Below are positions 28,379-38,315 of a stretch of 64,000 nucleotides of DNA, in pieces. The notes under the pieces are model-generated. The model made no database searches, had not been told where the DNA came from, and worked only from the letters and a program-made list of their open reading frames with translations. Made by a program: the position numbers and the translations under genes. Every line of letters starts with the position of its first letter. Positions within the stretch are counted from its first letter, which is position 1. Source of the stretch: Candidatus Omnitrophota bacterium (GTDB taxonomy: Bacteria; Omnitrophota; Gorgyraeia; Gorgyraeales; Gorgyraeaceae); assembly GCA_043814965.1 (NCBI GenBank), contig JBDRJN010000014.1:3084-67083 (forward strand), written 5' to 3'.

Positions 28379-29614
28379 ATGAAACGGAATAAAATTTATA
28401 TAATAGATGTTACAAATAGGGATGGGGTCCAAACGTCCAGGCTGGGTTTGGCAAAACTCCAAAAGACAATGATCAATATTTACCTGAACAATATGGGTGT
28501 TTACGGGAGCGAATTCGGGTTTCCAGTGACAAGGCACGAGACCAACTATATAAACGCAAATCTGGAGTTGGCGCGTAGAAAGGTCATCCATCCGCTTAAA
28601 CTAAGTGGATGGGTAAGGGCTATCAAAGAGGACATAAAGAAAGCAGTAGAAATGACAGATATAAAAAATATAAATATGTCTATTTCTACGTCAGAGCAAA
28701 TGACCTCGGGTAAATTCCAGGGGAAGAAAACCAGGGATGATGTATTGAAGCTGATGGTAGACGCATTGATCTATGCGAGAAAGCAAGACCTTAAGATAAT
28801 AGGAGTAAACGCAGAAGATGCTTCCCGTACGGATATGGAATATCTGATAAAGTTTGCCAAGGCTGCAAAAGAGTACGGTGCAGATAGATTCAGATACTGC
28901 GATACTCTAGGGTATGACGACCCTTTCACTATATATGACAGGATAAGAGAGCTTGCTGAAAATGTACATATGCCGATAGAGCTTCACTGTCATAATGACC
29001 TTGGTATGGTAGTAGCTTGTTCTGTAGCTGGCGCAAAAGCAGCTATTGACGCAGGATGCGACGCTTATATCAACACTACGGTAAACGGGATGGGTGAGCG
29101 GGCAGGTAATGCGGATCTAATATCTGTGATACTGGCTATTAAGTATTCTAGCGGTTTCAGCGGTAAATATGAATTGGATAGTAATATAAAGCTTGATCAT
29201 GCGTGGAAGATAGCTAAATACGCAAGCTATGCGTTTGGAGTGCCTATTCCTATAAATCAGCCTGGCGTAGGGTCCAATGCATTTGCCCATGAATCAGGAA
29301 TACACGCTGACGGCGCTTTAAAAGACAGGCGTAACTATGAGCTATATGATTTTGAAGAACTCGGAAGAGGAGAGGCTGAGATCGTAGAGACTGGAAGGCA
29401 GATAACCGCAGGAGAATATAGCGGAATAAAAGGTTTTAGAAATGTCTATGAGAGACTGGAAGTAAAGTTCAAGGACGATAAAGAAGCGACAAAGGTGTTG
29501 GAGCTGGTAAGATATGCTAACGTTCACACTCAAAAGCCTCTTACTAATGAAGAACTTAAATTTATATCAACATATCCTGATATAGCAAAAAAGATCTTTA
29601 CAATGAACCCGTAA
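28379..29614 (+). CDS. HMGL-like (2-isopropylmalate / homocitrate / citramalate synthase family) aldol-condensation enzyme
   Basis: DVTNRDGVQTS (a variant of the TLRDGEQ motif), LHCHNDLGMVVA and NTTVNGMGERAGNADL are present. The 411-aa length resembles short NifV/CimA-type proteins. Confidence 0.6.
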   Translation: MKRNKIYIIDVTNRDGVQTSRLGLAKLQKTMINIYLNNMGVYGSEFGFPVTRHETNYINANLELARRKVIHPLKLSGWVRAIKEDIKKAVEMTDIKNINMSISTSEQMTSGKFQGKKTRDDVLKLMVDALIYARKQDLKIIGVNAEDASRTDMEYLIKFAKAAKEYGADRFRYCDTLGYDDPFTIYDRIRELAENVHMPIELHCHNDLGMVVACSVAGAKAAIDAGCDAYINTTVNGMGERAGNADLISVILAIKYSSGFSGKYELDSNIKLDHAWKIAKYASYAFGVPIPINQPGVGSNAFAHESGIHADGALKDRRNYELYDFEELGRGEAEIVETGRQITAGEYSGIKGFRNVYERLEVKFKDDKEATKVLELVRYANVHTQKPLTNEELKFISTYPDIAKKIFTMNP

Positions 29615-29675
29615 TCACCTAGCCATTACTGAAAATATATTTTTAATGTATGATATATAAGAGGAGAATAGTGTT

Positions 29676-30908
29676 ATGTCTTGTAAAATAGTGGTCGGAG
29701 CGCAATGGGGAGACGAGGGGAAAGGCAAGATCATAGATATATTAGCCAAAGATGCGGATATCATAGCCAGATATCAAGGCGGTAACAATGCCGGACATAC
29801 GGTTGTGGTTGAAGGCAAGGAAGTGATCTTGCATATTATTCCCTCAGGTATTTTACATAAAGGAAAACTTTGCGTTATAGGCAATGGAGTTGTCGTGGAC
29901 CCTGAAGCATTTCTGACAGAGATAAAGATGCTTAAGAGTAAAGGCGTCAAACTCTATGATAATATAGTAATAAGTGAATCAGCGCATGTAATACTTCCTT
30001 ATCATAAAGTTATAGATAAAAGGCGAGGCGCAAGGATCGGTACTACAGGCAGGGGCATAGGGCCTTGTTATGTTGATAAGATGGCGCGCTGCGGGATAAG
30101 GATAATAGACCTGATAAACGAGGGCTTATTAAAGGAAAAGCTTAAAGCAAATCTTGAAGGTTCAAGCGAGTTTGATTTTGACGAGATATATAAGACGTAC
30201 CTTGATTATGGCAAAAAATTAAAAAAATATTTAGGCAATGTGTCTTTGATCTTAAATAAAGCAATTGATAAGAAAAAGGATATTCTTTTTGAAGGCGCTC
30301 AAGGGGCATTGCTTGACGTAGACCACGGGACTTATCCTTTTGTCACATCCAGCAATCCAACCGCAGGAGGCGCGTTGACCGGTACAGGTGTCGGGCCTAC
30401 AAAGATAGATAAGGTCATAGGGGTTGTCAAGGCATATTCAACAAGGGTTGGAGAAGGGCCTTTCCCGACAGAGTTTGAAGATGATCTTATGGAGAAGATC
30501 AGGTCAAAAGGAAAAGAATTTGGCGCTACGACTGGAAGGCCTCGCAGATGCGGATGGTTTGATGCGGTAATAGTGAGACATTCCGCAAGAGTCAATGGAT
30601 TGAGCGAGATAGCAGTGACAAAACTTGATGTGCTGGATGAGATGCCAAAGATCAAGATATGCACAGGATATAAATATAACAGCAGTATCTATAAAGAATT
30701 TCCTTCTGATATAGATGTCCTGCGTTATTCTAAACCTTTGTATGAAGAACACGATGGATGGATGCAGGATACGACGAGCGTTACAAGCTATAAGGGCCTG
30801 CCAAAAAATGCCAGGAGTTACCTTGAAAGATTATCAAGGCTTCTAGGCGTCAAGATAGGGATGGTCTCGGTAGGGGTCGAGAGAAAACAAGCTTTTAAAG
30901 TGAAATAA
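29676..30908 (+). CDS. purA: adenylosuccinate synthetase
   Basis: VVGAQWGDEGKGKIIDILA, GNNAGHTV and TTGRGIGPCY match PurA. Confidence 0.9.
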   Translation: MSCKIVVGAQWGDEGKGKIIDILAKDADIIARYQGGNNAGHTVVVEGKEVILHIIPSGILHKGKLCVIGNGVVVDPEAFLTEIKMLKSKGVKLYDNIVISESAHVILPYHKVIDKRRGARIGTTGRGIGPCYVDKMARCGIRIIDLINEGLLKEKLKANLEGSSEFDFDEIYKTYLDYGKKLKKYLGNVSLILNKAIDKKKDILFEGAQGALLDVDHGTYPFVTSSNPTAGGALTGTGVGPTKIDKVIGVVKAYSTRVGEGPFPTEFEDDLMEKIRSKGKEFGATTGRPRRCGWFDAVIVRHSARVNGLSEIAVTKLDVLDEMPKIKICTGYKYNSSIYKEFPSDIDVLRYSKPLYEEHDGWMQDTTSVTSYKGLPKNARSYLERLSRLLGVKIGMVSVGVERKQAFKVK

Positions 30909-30929
30909 TTAGAAAGGAGAAACATCAAG

Positions 30930-33020
30930 ATGTTATTTTTAGCTCCGATTGCTTCGATAGTAGCCATACTTTTTGCAATATCCCTTATTTATAAGATAAT
31001 GCGTTATAACGAAGGCACTGACAGGATGCGAGAGATCGCCGAATGGGTCAGGGAAGGCGCATACGCGTATATTAAAAGACAGTATATGGTAGTAGGGATA
31101 TTTTTTGCAGTTACTTTTTCTATCTTATTTATTTTATATTTAAAAGGATATCTTATAGTATTTGTCCCGTTTGCATTTATAACAGGAGGCTTGTTCTCAG
31201 GCCTTTGCGGGTATATAGGCATGAGCGTTGCAACGCGCGCTAGCGCAAGGACTACAGAAGCAGCAAGGACCAGTTTGAACGGCGCTTTAAAGGTTGCATT
31301 TTCAAGTGGAGCAGTAATGGGGCTTATGGTCGTAGGTTTAGGGCTTCTGGATCTAAGTATATGGTATTATTTCCTTAGTTGGTATTACAGAGGCCTTGAA
31401 GAGGCAATACGCATACAAAATATAACCAGCACAATGCTTAATTTTGGAATGGGCGCCAGCTCTATGGCGCTTTTTGCCAGAGTCGGAGGAGGTATCTTTA
31501 CAAAAGCAGCTGATGTAGGGGCTGACCTTGTCGGAAAAGTCGAGGCTGGCATACCAGAAGATGACCCCAGAAATCCCGCAGTTATAGCTGATAATGTCGG
31601 AGATAACGTAGGAGATGTAGCTGGTATGGGAGCTGATCTATACGAATCATACGTTGGTTCTATTGTTGCTACCATGGCGCTTGGTTCAGCCGCATTTATA
31701 AGTTACGGGAAAAGCTTAAGCGGCATTACAATACCTTTGGTCATGGCTGCTGTAGGAGTGCTGGCGAGTTTGATAGGTACTTTCTTTGTGAAGTCCGGAG
31801 AAAAGGCTGAGCAGGAAGAATTATTAAAGGCATTGAGAAAAGGCGTATTTGTCAGCGCAGGCCTAGTAGCAGTATCATCGTATTTTGTAATAAGGTTTGT
31901 TCTGGGTGTAGAGTTTATAGGAGTTTATGGAGCAGTCCTCTCAGGTTTGATAGCAGGGATAGTCCTTGGGCTTTCAACAGAATATTTTACGTCAGATAGA
32001 TATTCTCCAACAAGGGCAGTAGCAAAGTCCAGCGCAACCGGGCCAGCGACTGTTATAATATCAGGCCTTTCAGTGGGCATGCTTTCCACGATTATCCCTG
32101 TAATAGTCGTAGCAATAGCTATTTTAACAAGTTTCTATTTTGCAGGCGGGGCAAGGGATTTTAGTCTAGGGTTATATGGCGTGGGCATTGCAGCGGTTGG
32201 CATGCTCTCCACATTAGGTATTACTCTTGCTACAGATGCCTATGGGCCTGTTGCAGATAACGCTGGCGGGAACGCAGAGATGTCAGGCCAGCCCTCAGAA
32301 GTACGTAAACGCACAGATGCGCTGGACACGCTCGGGAATACTACCGCAGCTACTGGTAAAGGTTTTGCTATAGGTTCAGCCGCATTATCAGCCTTAGCTT
32401 TGATAGCAGCATACAGGGAACACCTCCATTTATTAGGAAGAGATGTTAATACGGATATAATGAACCCAAGGCTTTTGGCAGGGCTTTTAATAGGCGGCAT
32501 GCTTCCCTTTGCTTTTTGCTCCCTTACAATGAGCGCCGTAGGAAGAGCTGCTTCAGGCATAGTGGTCGAAGTGAGAAGGCAGTTTAGGGAGATCAAAGGC
32601 CTCATGGAAGGAAAGGCTGTTCCGGATTATGCAAAATGCGTAACCATTGTGACATCAAGCGCTCAAAAGGAAATGATACTTCCATCGCTTCTTGCAATAC
32701 TTGCGCCTATTGTGGTAGGGCTTTTGATGGGAATTGAGGCAGGCCTCGGGCTTCTGGTCGGATCCCTTGTGTCAGGATTTGTATTGGCGATCATGATGGC
32801 TAATTCAGGCGGAGCTTGGGATAATGCTAAAAAATATATTGAAAGCGGACATGAGGGAGGTAAAGGTTCTCCCGCGCACAAGGCAGCAGTCGTAGGAGAT
32901 ACTGTAGGAGACCCATTCAAAGATACAGCAGGGCCATCTTTGAATATACTCATAAAATTGATGTCAATGGTGTCTATAGTCTTCGCGTCTTTTATAATAG
33001 GCAATACTTTATTCAAATAG
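30930..33020 (+). CDS. hppA: membrane-bound proton/sodium-translocating pyrophosphatase
   Basis: GADLVGKVE, DNVGDNVGDVAGMGADL and the approx 16-TM topology match V-PPase. Confidence 0.9.
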   Translation: MLFLAPIASIVAILFAISLIYKIMRYNEGTDRMREIAEWVREGAYAYIKRQYMVVGIFFAVTFSILFILYLKGYLIVFVPFAFITGGLFSGLCGYIGMSVATRASARTTEAARTSLNGALKVAFSSGAVMGLMVVGLGLLDLSIWYYFLSWYYRGLEEAIRIQNITSTMLNFGMGASSMALFARVGGGIFTKAADVGADLVGKVEAGIPEDDPRNPAVIADNVGDNVGDVAGMGADLYESYVGSIVATMALGSAAFISYGKSLSGITIPLVMAAVGVLASLIGTFFVKSGEKAEQEELLKALRKGVFVSAGLVAVSSYFVIRFVLGVEFIGVYGAVLSGLIAGIVLGLSTEYFTSDRYSPTRAVAKSSATGPATVIISGLSVGMLSTIIPVIVVAIAILTSFYFAGGARDFSLGLYGVGIAAVGMLSTLGITLATDAYGPVADNAGGNAEMSGQPSEVRKRTDALDTLGNTTAATGKGFAIGSAALSALALIAAYREHLHLLGRDVNTDIMNPRLLAGLLIGGMLPFAFCSLTMSAVGRAASGIVVEVRRQFREIKGLMEGKAVPDYAKCVTIVTSSAQKEMILPSLLAILAPIVVGLLMGIEAGLGLLVGSLVSGFVLAIMMANSGGAWDNAKKYIESGHEGGKGSPAHKAAVVGDTVGDPFKDTAGPSLNILIKLMSMVSIVFASFIIGNTLFK

Positions 33021-33023
33021 ATG

Positions 33024-33052
33024 TTGACTTTGCTAGGTCGGAGTATTAGAGT
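33024..33052 (+). promoter_or_regulatory. putative sigma70-type promoter (TTGACT-17-TAGAGT, overlapping TATAAT)
   Basis: TTGACT at 33024-29 and TAGAGT at 33047-52, with TATAAT at 33052-57. An AGGAGG RBS lies 7 nt before the ATG at 33082. Confidence 0.35.
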
Positions 33053-33081
33053 ATAATATAAATAAAAATAGGAGGTTTTGC

Positions 33082-33813
33082 ATGCTTACCAAACGATCCC
33101 ATTTATCTTTCCTAGTAAGTATACTTGTGATTTCTTTTATCTTCTCAGGTTGTACCGTAACCCTTCAAAAAGGAAGACGCAGTGATATCGAAAAGATAGA
33201 CTCTCTCAATAAAGAGATAGAGATGCTTAATTCCAGGTTTGGTTCCCTGGAGCATGAGAAATCAAATGAGATAAAAGAGCTGGAAGAAGCAAAAAAACTT
33301 CTTGAAGAGAGATTGAGGCAGGAGATAGGAGATGACTCTATAAGGCTGGAGATGGCAGAAAAAGGCCTAGCCATTATATTTTTGACAGAGGTGTTATTTG
33401 ATTCAGGAAAAGATGTCATAAAAGAAGAGGCATTCAAGGCATTAGATAAGATCTCGAAAGTATTAGAGGAGAATGTCGGTAAAAGAAATATAGGTATAGA
33501 AGGCCATACAGATAATGACCCCATAAAGTACTCTGGCTGGAAATCCAACTGGGAGCTCTCCACTGCAAGGGCTACAAGTGTGCTTCATTATTTAGTAGAC
33601 GAAAAAGGCATTGATCCAACAAGAGTCTCTGCAACAGGTTATGGTGAGTATAGGCCTGTCGGTTCCAATGATACTGAAGAAGGGCGCAGGCAGAACAGGC
33701 GCGTAGAGATAGTGATCCTGCCTAAGAACCTGGAAAAGATACAAGCAGACATGCAAAAGATAGTCGAGAGAAAAAGAGAGATAGAAAAGAGGCTTGAGAT
33801 ATACAAAAAGTAG
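33082..33813 (+). CDS. OmpA/MotB-domain lipoprotein (peptidoglycan-associated, with coiled-coil linker)
   Basis: Lipobox FSGCTV. Coiled-coil region. OmpA_C motifs GHTDNDPI..NWELSTARATSV..RRVEIVI are present. Confidence 0.75.
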   Translation: MLTKRSHLSFLVSILVISFIFSGCTVTLQKGRRSDIEKIDSLNKEIEMLNSRFGSLEHEKSNEIKELEEAKKLLEERLRQEIGDDSIRLEMAEKGLAIIFLTEVLFDSGKDVIKEEAFKALDKISKVLEENVGKRNIGIEGHTDNDPIKYSGWKSNWELSTARATSVLHYLVDEKGIDPTRVSATGYGEYRPVGSNDTEEGRRQNRRVEIVILPKNLEKIQADMQKIVERKREIEKRLEIYKK

Positions 33814-33842
33814 CTGCTGCAAGAAAAAAGGAGAATAAGAAA

Positions 33843-34166
33843 GTGAAAAAACAACAGTTTTCCAACACAATAGCACCGGCAATAGTGATTATCATTTGTA
33901 TAGTTCTTGCAGTAAATACAACTATACTCAATGTTAAGCTTGGTAAAGCAGAGTCTAAGGCAGTTTTTGTAAAGAACCTGGAAGGCCAGGTCTTGGACCT
34001 ACGCTCTAAACTAGAAGAACAGCGTATCGCATCAGAAGAATTAAAAAAATCACTTAGTGAAGCTGATAAAGATCTTGAAGATTTCAGGGTGATAAATGCT
34101 GACCTTGAATCAAGGCTTAAAGGCGCCTTGGATGCATTGCAAGGGCCATCTGGAGAAGTAAAATAA
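33843..34166 (+). CDS. small membrane-anchored coiled-coil protein (FtsB/DivIC-like topology), function unknown
   Basis: 107 aa with one N-terminal TM helix followed by a heptad-repeat coiled coil. Homology is not established. Confidence 0.4.
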   Translation: MKKQQFSNTIAPAIVIIICIVLAVNTTILNVKLGKAESKAVFVKNLEGQVLDLRSKLEEQRIASEELKKSLSEADKDLEDFRVINADLESRLKGALDALQGPSGEVK

Positions 34167-34200
34167 AATATTTTTTTAATTTTTAAGGATCAATGGAAAG

Positions 34201-34243
34201 ACGCGAATAGCGTTTTAAGAATGACGCGTTCGCGTTTTTTTAT
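34201..34243 (+). terminator. candidate intrinsic terminator
   Basis: GACGCGAAtagCG pairs with CGcgTTCGCGT in an imperfect stem, followed by TTTTTTT at 34236-42. Confidence 0.4.
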
Positions 34244-34251
34244 AAATATTT

Positions 34252-34950
34252 ATGGATAATCCAGAGCATATAGCAATAATCATGGACGGTAATGGAAGGT
34301 GGGCCAAGGAAAGGCATCTTCCAAAACTGGCAGGCCACAAAAAAGGCGTAGAGACTGTAAGGAAAATAGTCGAATCCTGTATAAAATTCGATATAAGATA
34401 TCTTACGCTTTATGCCTTTTCAGCAGAGAATTGGGCTCGCCCTAAAGATGAAGTGAATGGGCTTTTTAAACTTTTAGATAATTTTCTTGATAGAGAGATG
34501 GCGCTTTTTCATGATAATAAAGTGAGGCTATGTATTATCGGAGAGAGGGATAGGTTAAGAGAGAATTTAAGAAAAAAAATAGAAAAATACGAGCTGGAGA
34601 CAAGAGGCTATAAGACGCTTACCACTAATATTGCATTGAGCTATGGCTCTAGGCAAGAGATCCTGGGAGCTGTAAAGTCCATTATAAAAGACGTAAAAGA
34701 CGGCGTATTGGATCCATCATGTATAGATGAAAAGGCCTTTGCCAGCTATTTATACACAAGAGATTGTCCTGATCCTGATCTCTTGATCCGCACGAGCGGA
34801 GAGATGAGAGTGTCCAATTTTTTATTATGGCAGATATCTTATAGCGAGTTATATGTCACTAAAAAATATTGGCCTGATTTTACAGGATCCGACCTTAAAA
34901 AGGCCATAGACGAATACAAGGCCAGGGAAAGAAGATTCGGCGGCAGATGA
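34252..34950 (+). CDS. uppS: undecaprenyl diphosphate synthase
   Basis: HIAIIMDGNGRWA and the cis-prenyltransferase fold match UppS. Confidence 0.9.
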   Translation: MDNPEHIAIIMDGNGRWAKERHLPKLAGHKKGVETVRKIVESCIKFDIRYLTLYAFSAENWARPKDEVNGLFKLLDNFLDREMALFHDNKVRLCIIGERDRLRENLRKKIEKYELETRGYKTLTTNIALSYGSRQEILGAVKSIIKDVKDGVLDPSCIDEKAFASYLYTRDCPDPDLLIRTSGEMRVSNFLLWQISYSELYVTKKYWPDFTGSDLKKAIDEYKARERRFGGR

Positions 34951-35753
34951 CCATGATCAAAAGAACTGTTTCTTCGTTGATACTTATAGCGCTTACCGCT
35001 CTTACCATATTCATCCTGCCTGTATGGACGTTTGGAGTAGTGTGTTCTTTATTCATAGGCATAGGGCTATCGGAGTTCTTCAAACTCGATTCAAAGAACG
35101 GCCTGCCTAAAAGTTTCATAATGTTCGGTATTGTGATGGGTATGCTCCTTCCTTATATCACATATTTCTGTAACCCTGAAGGCGGTATATGGGAAGCTGG
35201 ATTTTTTATATTTAGCCTTATCGTCCTGTTCTTGATCCAGTTCACAAGAAAAGATGACCAGTATGCGGTCATGCTGATAGCATCGACACTTTTTGGGATA
35301 TTTTATATAGGTTGGTTTTTTACATTTCTAGTAAAACTTAGGTTCCTGGAGGAAGGGCATAAAATAGTAGCATATCTATTATTGGTTACAAAGGCAGGAG
35401 ATATAGGGGCGTATTTGATAGGTTCCAGGTTTGGCAGACATTCCCTTATTCCACGCATAAGCCCCAAGAAATCCATAGAGGGCGCATTGGGAGGGTTTTT
35501 GTTCAGTATTATCTTTGCAATATTTGCCAGGGCATGTTTAAAAGATGTTGCCTTTGGACATATTGTAATAGGCGGGGTCTTGATAGGAGTATTTGCGCAG
35601 CTCGGAGATCTAGCAGAGAGCCTTGTAAAGAGGAATTACCAGGTAAAGGATTCAAGTCCATTTCTTCCAGGCCTAGGAGGCATGCTTGATGTAATAGACA
35701 GCATCCTTTTTACGGCGCCTGTCTTTTATATCTATCTAAGGATAATAATGTAG
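34947..35753 (+). CDS. cdsA: phosphatidate cytidylyltransferase
   Basis: The C-terminal signature SLVKRNYQVKDSSPFLPGLGGMLDVIDS matches CdsA. Confidence 0.85.
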   Translation: MTMIKRTVSSLILIALTALTIFILPVWTFGVVCSLFIGIGLSEFFKLDSKNGLPKSFIMFGIVMGMLLPYITYFCNPEGGIWEAGFFIFSLIVLFLIQFTRKDDQYAVMLIASTLFGIFYIGWFFTFLVKLRFLEEGHKIVAYLLLVTKAGDIGAYLIGSRFGRHSLIPRISPKKSIEGALGGFLFSIIFAIFARACLKDVAFGHIVIGGVLIGVFAQLGDLAESLVKRNYQVKDSSPFLPGLGGMLDVIDSILFTAPVFYIYLRIIM

Positions 35754-35770
35754 CTGGATAAAGGCATTGT

Positions 35771-36931
35771 ATGAAAAATATAGCTATTTTAGGTTCAACC
35801 GGGTCTATAGGCATAAACACGCTTGATGTTATATCTAGCCTGAGAAGCAGGTTTAAGGTGGATGCGCTTTCCTGCTATTCAAATATAGAGCTTTTATTAA
35901 AACAGGTTAAGTCATTCAAGCCAAGATATGTATGCGTAGTGGACCTCAAGAAAGCAAAGGAAGCTAAAAAAAGACTTTCCAGCAAGAATATAAGATTTTA
36001 TGAGGGTAAAGACGGCCTTCTTGAGATGGTGAATGATATTAAGCTCGATATAGTCATTGTAGCTATAGTAGGGTCTTCCGCGCTCTTACCTATTATGGCA
36101 TCTATAAAACATACAAAGAGGCTTGCGCTTGCAAATAAAGAAGCGCTTGTGATGGCAGGAAGTATTTTATTGGAGAAGGCAAAAGCGGACAATGTCGAGA
36201 TACTTCCTATAGATAGCGAACACAACGCGATTTTTCAATGTATAGGATCCGGAAAAGATACTGAGTTAAAAAAGATATACCTTACTGGTTCGGGCGGCCC
36301 ATTTTTACATATGCCAAAAAAACATTTTAACAGGATAACTCCCAAAGAAGCTATCAGGCATCCAAAATGGAGGATGGGCAAGAAGATATCAGTTGACTCA
36401 GCCACTATGATGAATAAAGGCTTAGAGATCATAGAGGCCCATCATCTTTTTGATGTACCTTCATCTAGCATAGAGGTTCTGGTGCATCCTGAGGCAGTTA
36501 TCCACTCGATGGTAGAGTTTTGCGATGGTTCCATATTAGCACAGCTGGGTAATTGCGATATGAGGCTTCCTATACAATATGCTCTTACATACCCGGACAG
36601 GTTATCTTCAAATGTACAAAAACTTAATTTTTCAAAGCTTCCTAGCATCAATTTTTATAAGCCTGACATTAAAAGATTCCCGTGCCTTGAGCTTGCATAC
36701 AGCGCTGCCAGGCATGGCAAGACATATCCTTGTGTCTTGAATGCATCTAATGAGATCGCTGTCAGGGAGTTTTTGAAAAATAAAATAAGATTTATGGATA
36801 TACCCAGGGCCATAGAAAAGGTCTTGAGCTTACATAAAAGCGTGAACGACCCTGGCTTGAACAACATATTAGAATCCGACAATTGGGCTAAAGAAAAAAC
36901 AAAGGAGATCTTAGGTGCTTTCAGCGGTTAG
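35771..36931 (+). CDS. dxr: 1-deoxy-D-xylulose 5-phosphate reductoisomerase
   Basis: IAILGSTGSIGINTLDVI and LANKEALV match Dxr. Confidence 0.9.
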   Translation: MKNIAILGSTGSIGINTLDVISSLRSRFKVDALSCYSNIELLLKQVKSFKPRYVCVVDLKKAKEAKKRLSSKNIRFYEGKDGLLEMVNDIKLDIVIVAIVGSSALLPIMASIKHTKRLALANKEALVMAGSILLEKAKADNVEILPIDSEHNAIFQCIGSGKDTELKKIYLTGSGGPFLHMPKKHFNRITPKEAIRHPKWRMGKKISVDSATMMNKGLEIIEAHHLFDVPSSSIEVLVHPEAVIHSMVEFCDGSILAQLGNCDMRLPIQYALTYPDRLSSNVQKLNFSKLPSINFYKPDIKRFPCLELAYSAARHGKTYPCVLNASNEIAVREFLKNKIRFMDIPRAIEKVLSLHKSVNDPGLNNILESDNWAKEKTKEILGAFSG

Positions 36932-38000
36932 TTTTATAGGCGTACTTAGTGTTTTGGTCATCGTACATGAATTCGGGCATTTTATTGTGGCAAAAAGGCT
37001 TGGGATATGTGTTGAAAAATTTTCTATAGGATTTGGGCCTGAGGTAATAGGTATTACAAAGAATGGAACGAGATACATTATCTCTCTCATACCTCTTGGA
37101 GGCTATGTCAAGCTTAAGGGGGAAAACGAAGCTGAAGGATTAAAAGGTGAAAGATCCGAATATCTTTCAAGGACAGTGGGAGAAAGGGCGAGAGTTATTT
37201 TTGCCGGGCCATTGCTTAATTATGTACTGGCATTTTTAGTCTTTTCTTTTGTCTTTATGGCCGGTTCCCCGACACTTACTTCCACTATTGGCAAAATATT
37301 ACCTGGTTATCCAGGAGAGACATCGGGCATTAAAGAAGGAGACCGTATATTAAAGATAAATGATATAGAGGTCAAATATTGGGATGATGTCACGCGAATT
37401 ATACATACTAATAAAGAAAGTGAACTTTATCTTCTGATAGAGAGAGGTCACGAGATATTGAATATCAAGGTATCCCCTAAGGAAGAGGATATGAATACAG
37501 TTTTTGGGACAAAGAAAAGAGTAGGCATCGTAGGTATTATGCCAAACGATGATATCGTATATATAAGATACGATTTTTTTAGATCATTCTATATGGGGGG
37601 TAAAAAATTAGTAGACCTCAGTTATCTGACAGTGAGAGCTCTATGGGCAAGTATAACAGGCAAGGTCCCTTTCAAACAATCCATCACAGGGCCTGTCGGC
37701 ATATTTTATATTACAGGAGAAGCAGCCAAGCTTGGTATAGTATATCTGCTTCAACTCATGGGGGTCTTGAGCATGTCTTTGGCTATATTCAATCTTCTGC
37801 CGTTTCCAGTACTCGACGGAGGGCATCTTTTTTTCCTTGCTATAGAAAAAATACGCAGAAAACCTATATCTATAAAAGTCCAGGAAAATGTGACCCAGGC
37901 TGGGTTTATATTTTTGATGGCGCTGATGCTTTTGGTTGTTTATAATGACCTTATAAGATTCGGCATATTCGATAAGATAGCGGGTTTTTGGCGGAAGTGA
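36915..38000 (+). CDS. rseP: RIP site-2 zinc metalloprotease
   Basis: HEFGHFIVAKRLG (HExxH), a PDZ domain and the LDGG motif are present. Confidence 0.85.
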   Translation: MLSAVSFIGVLSVLVIVHEFGHFIVAKRLGICVEKFSIGFGPEVIGITKNGTRYIISLIPLGGYVKLKGENEAEGLKGERSEYLSRTVGERARVIFAGPLLNYVLAFLVFSFVFMAGSPTLTSTIGKILPGYPGETSGIKEGDRILKINDIEVKYWDDVTRIIHTNKESELYLLIERGHEILNIKVSPKEEDMNTVFGTKKRVGIVGIMPNDDIVYIRYDFFRSFYMGGKKLVDLSYLTVRALWASITGKVPFKQSITGPVGIFYITGEAAKLGIVYLLQLMGVLSMSLAIFNLLPFPVLDGGHLFFLAIEKIRRKPISIKVQENVTQAGFIFLMALMLLVVYNDLIRFGIFDKIAGFWRK

Positions 38001-38009
38001 GATTTATTT

Positions 38010-38263
38010 AAAGCTAAAAAGGAGCTTGTTCACTCATGAGAAAACTTTTCCCCTATAGTGCCAGTATATATTTTGACACTTGGGGCCGCCTTTTATTCTG
38101 TGTTTTGCCGGGACTCGAAAAACTCGTCCGCCAATATGTGTGGCGGACTTCAGACAGTTTCGAGTCTTTTAGCCTCATAAAATGTGACATAGAAACCGCC
38201 AAAACACTTCATAAAAGGCTAAATTTTCTAATTCGCGAACAATCATCCTTTTTAGCTTAAATA
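38010..38263 (+). repeat. structured repeat element copy B (about 254 nt; terminal 13-bp IR AAGCTAAAAAGGA / TCCTTTTTAGCTT; conserved hairpin core at 38113-38155)
   Basis: The core GAAAAACTCGTCCGCCAATATGTGTGGCGGACTTCAGACAG is near-identical to 21035-21075. It is nested in a second IR (GACTCGAAA..TTTCGAGTC). The overlapping ORF 38036..38260 is judged spurious. Confidence 0.5.
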
Positions 38264-38315
38264 TATTTTAGCAAGTTTAATTAGGTTGAAAACATTATAT
38301 GCTACATACTAAAAA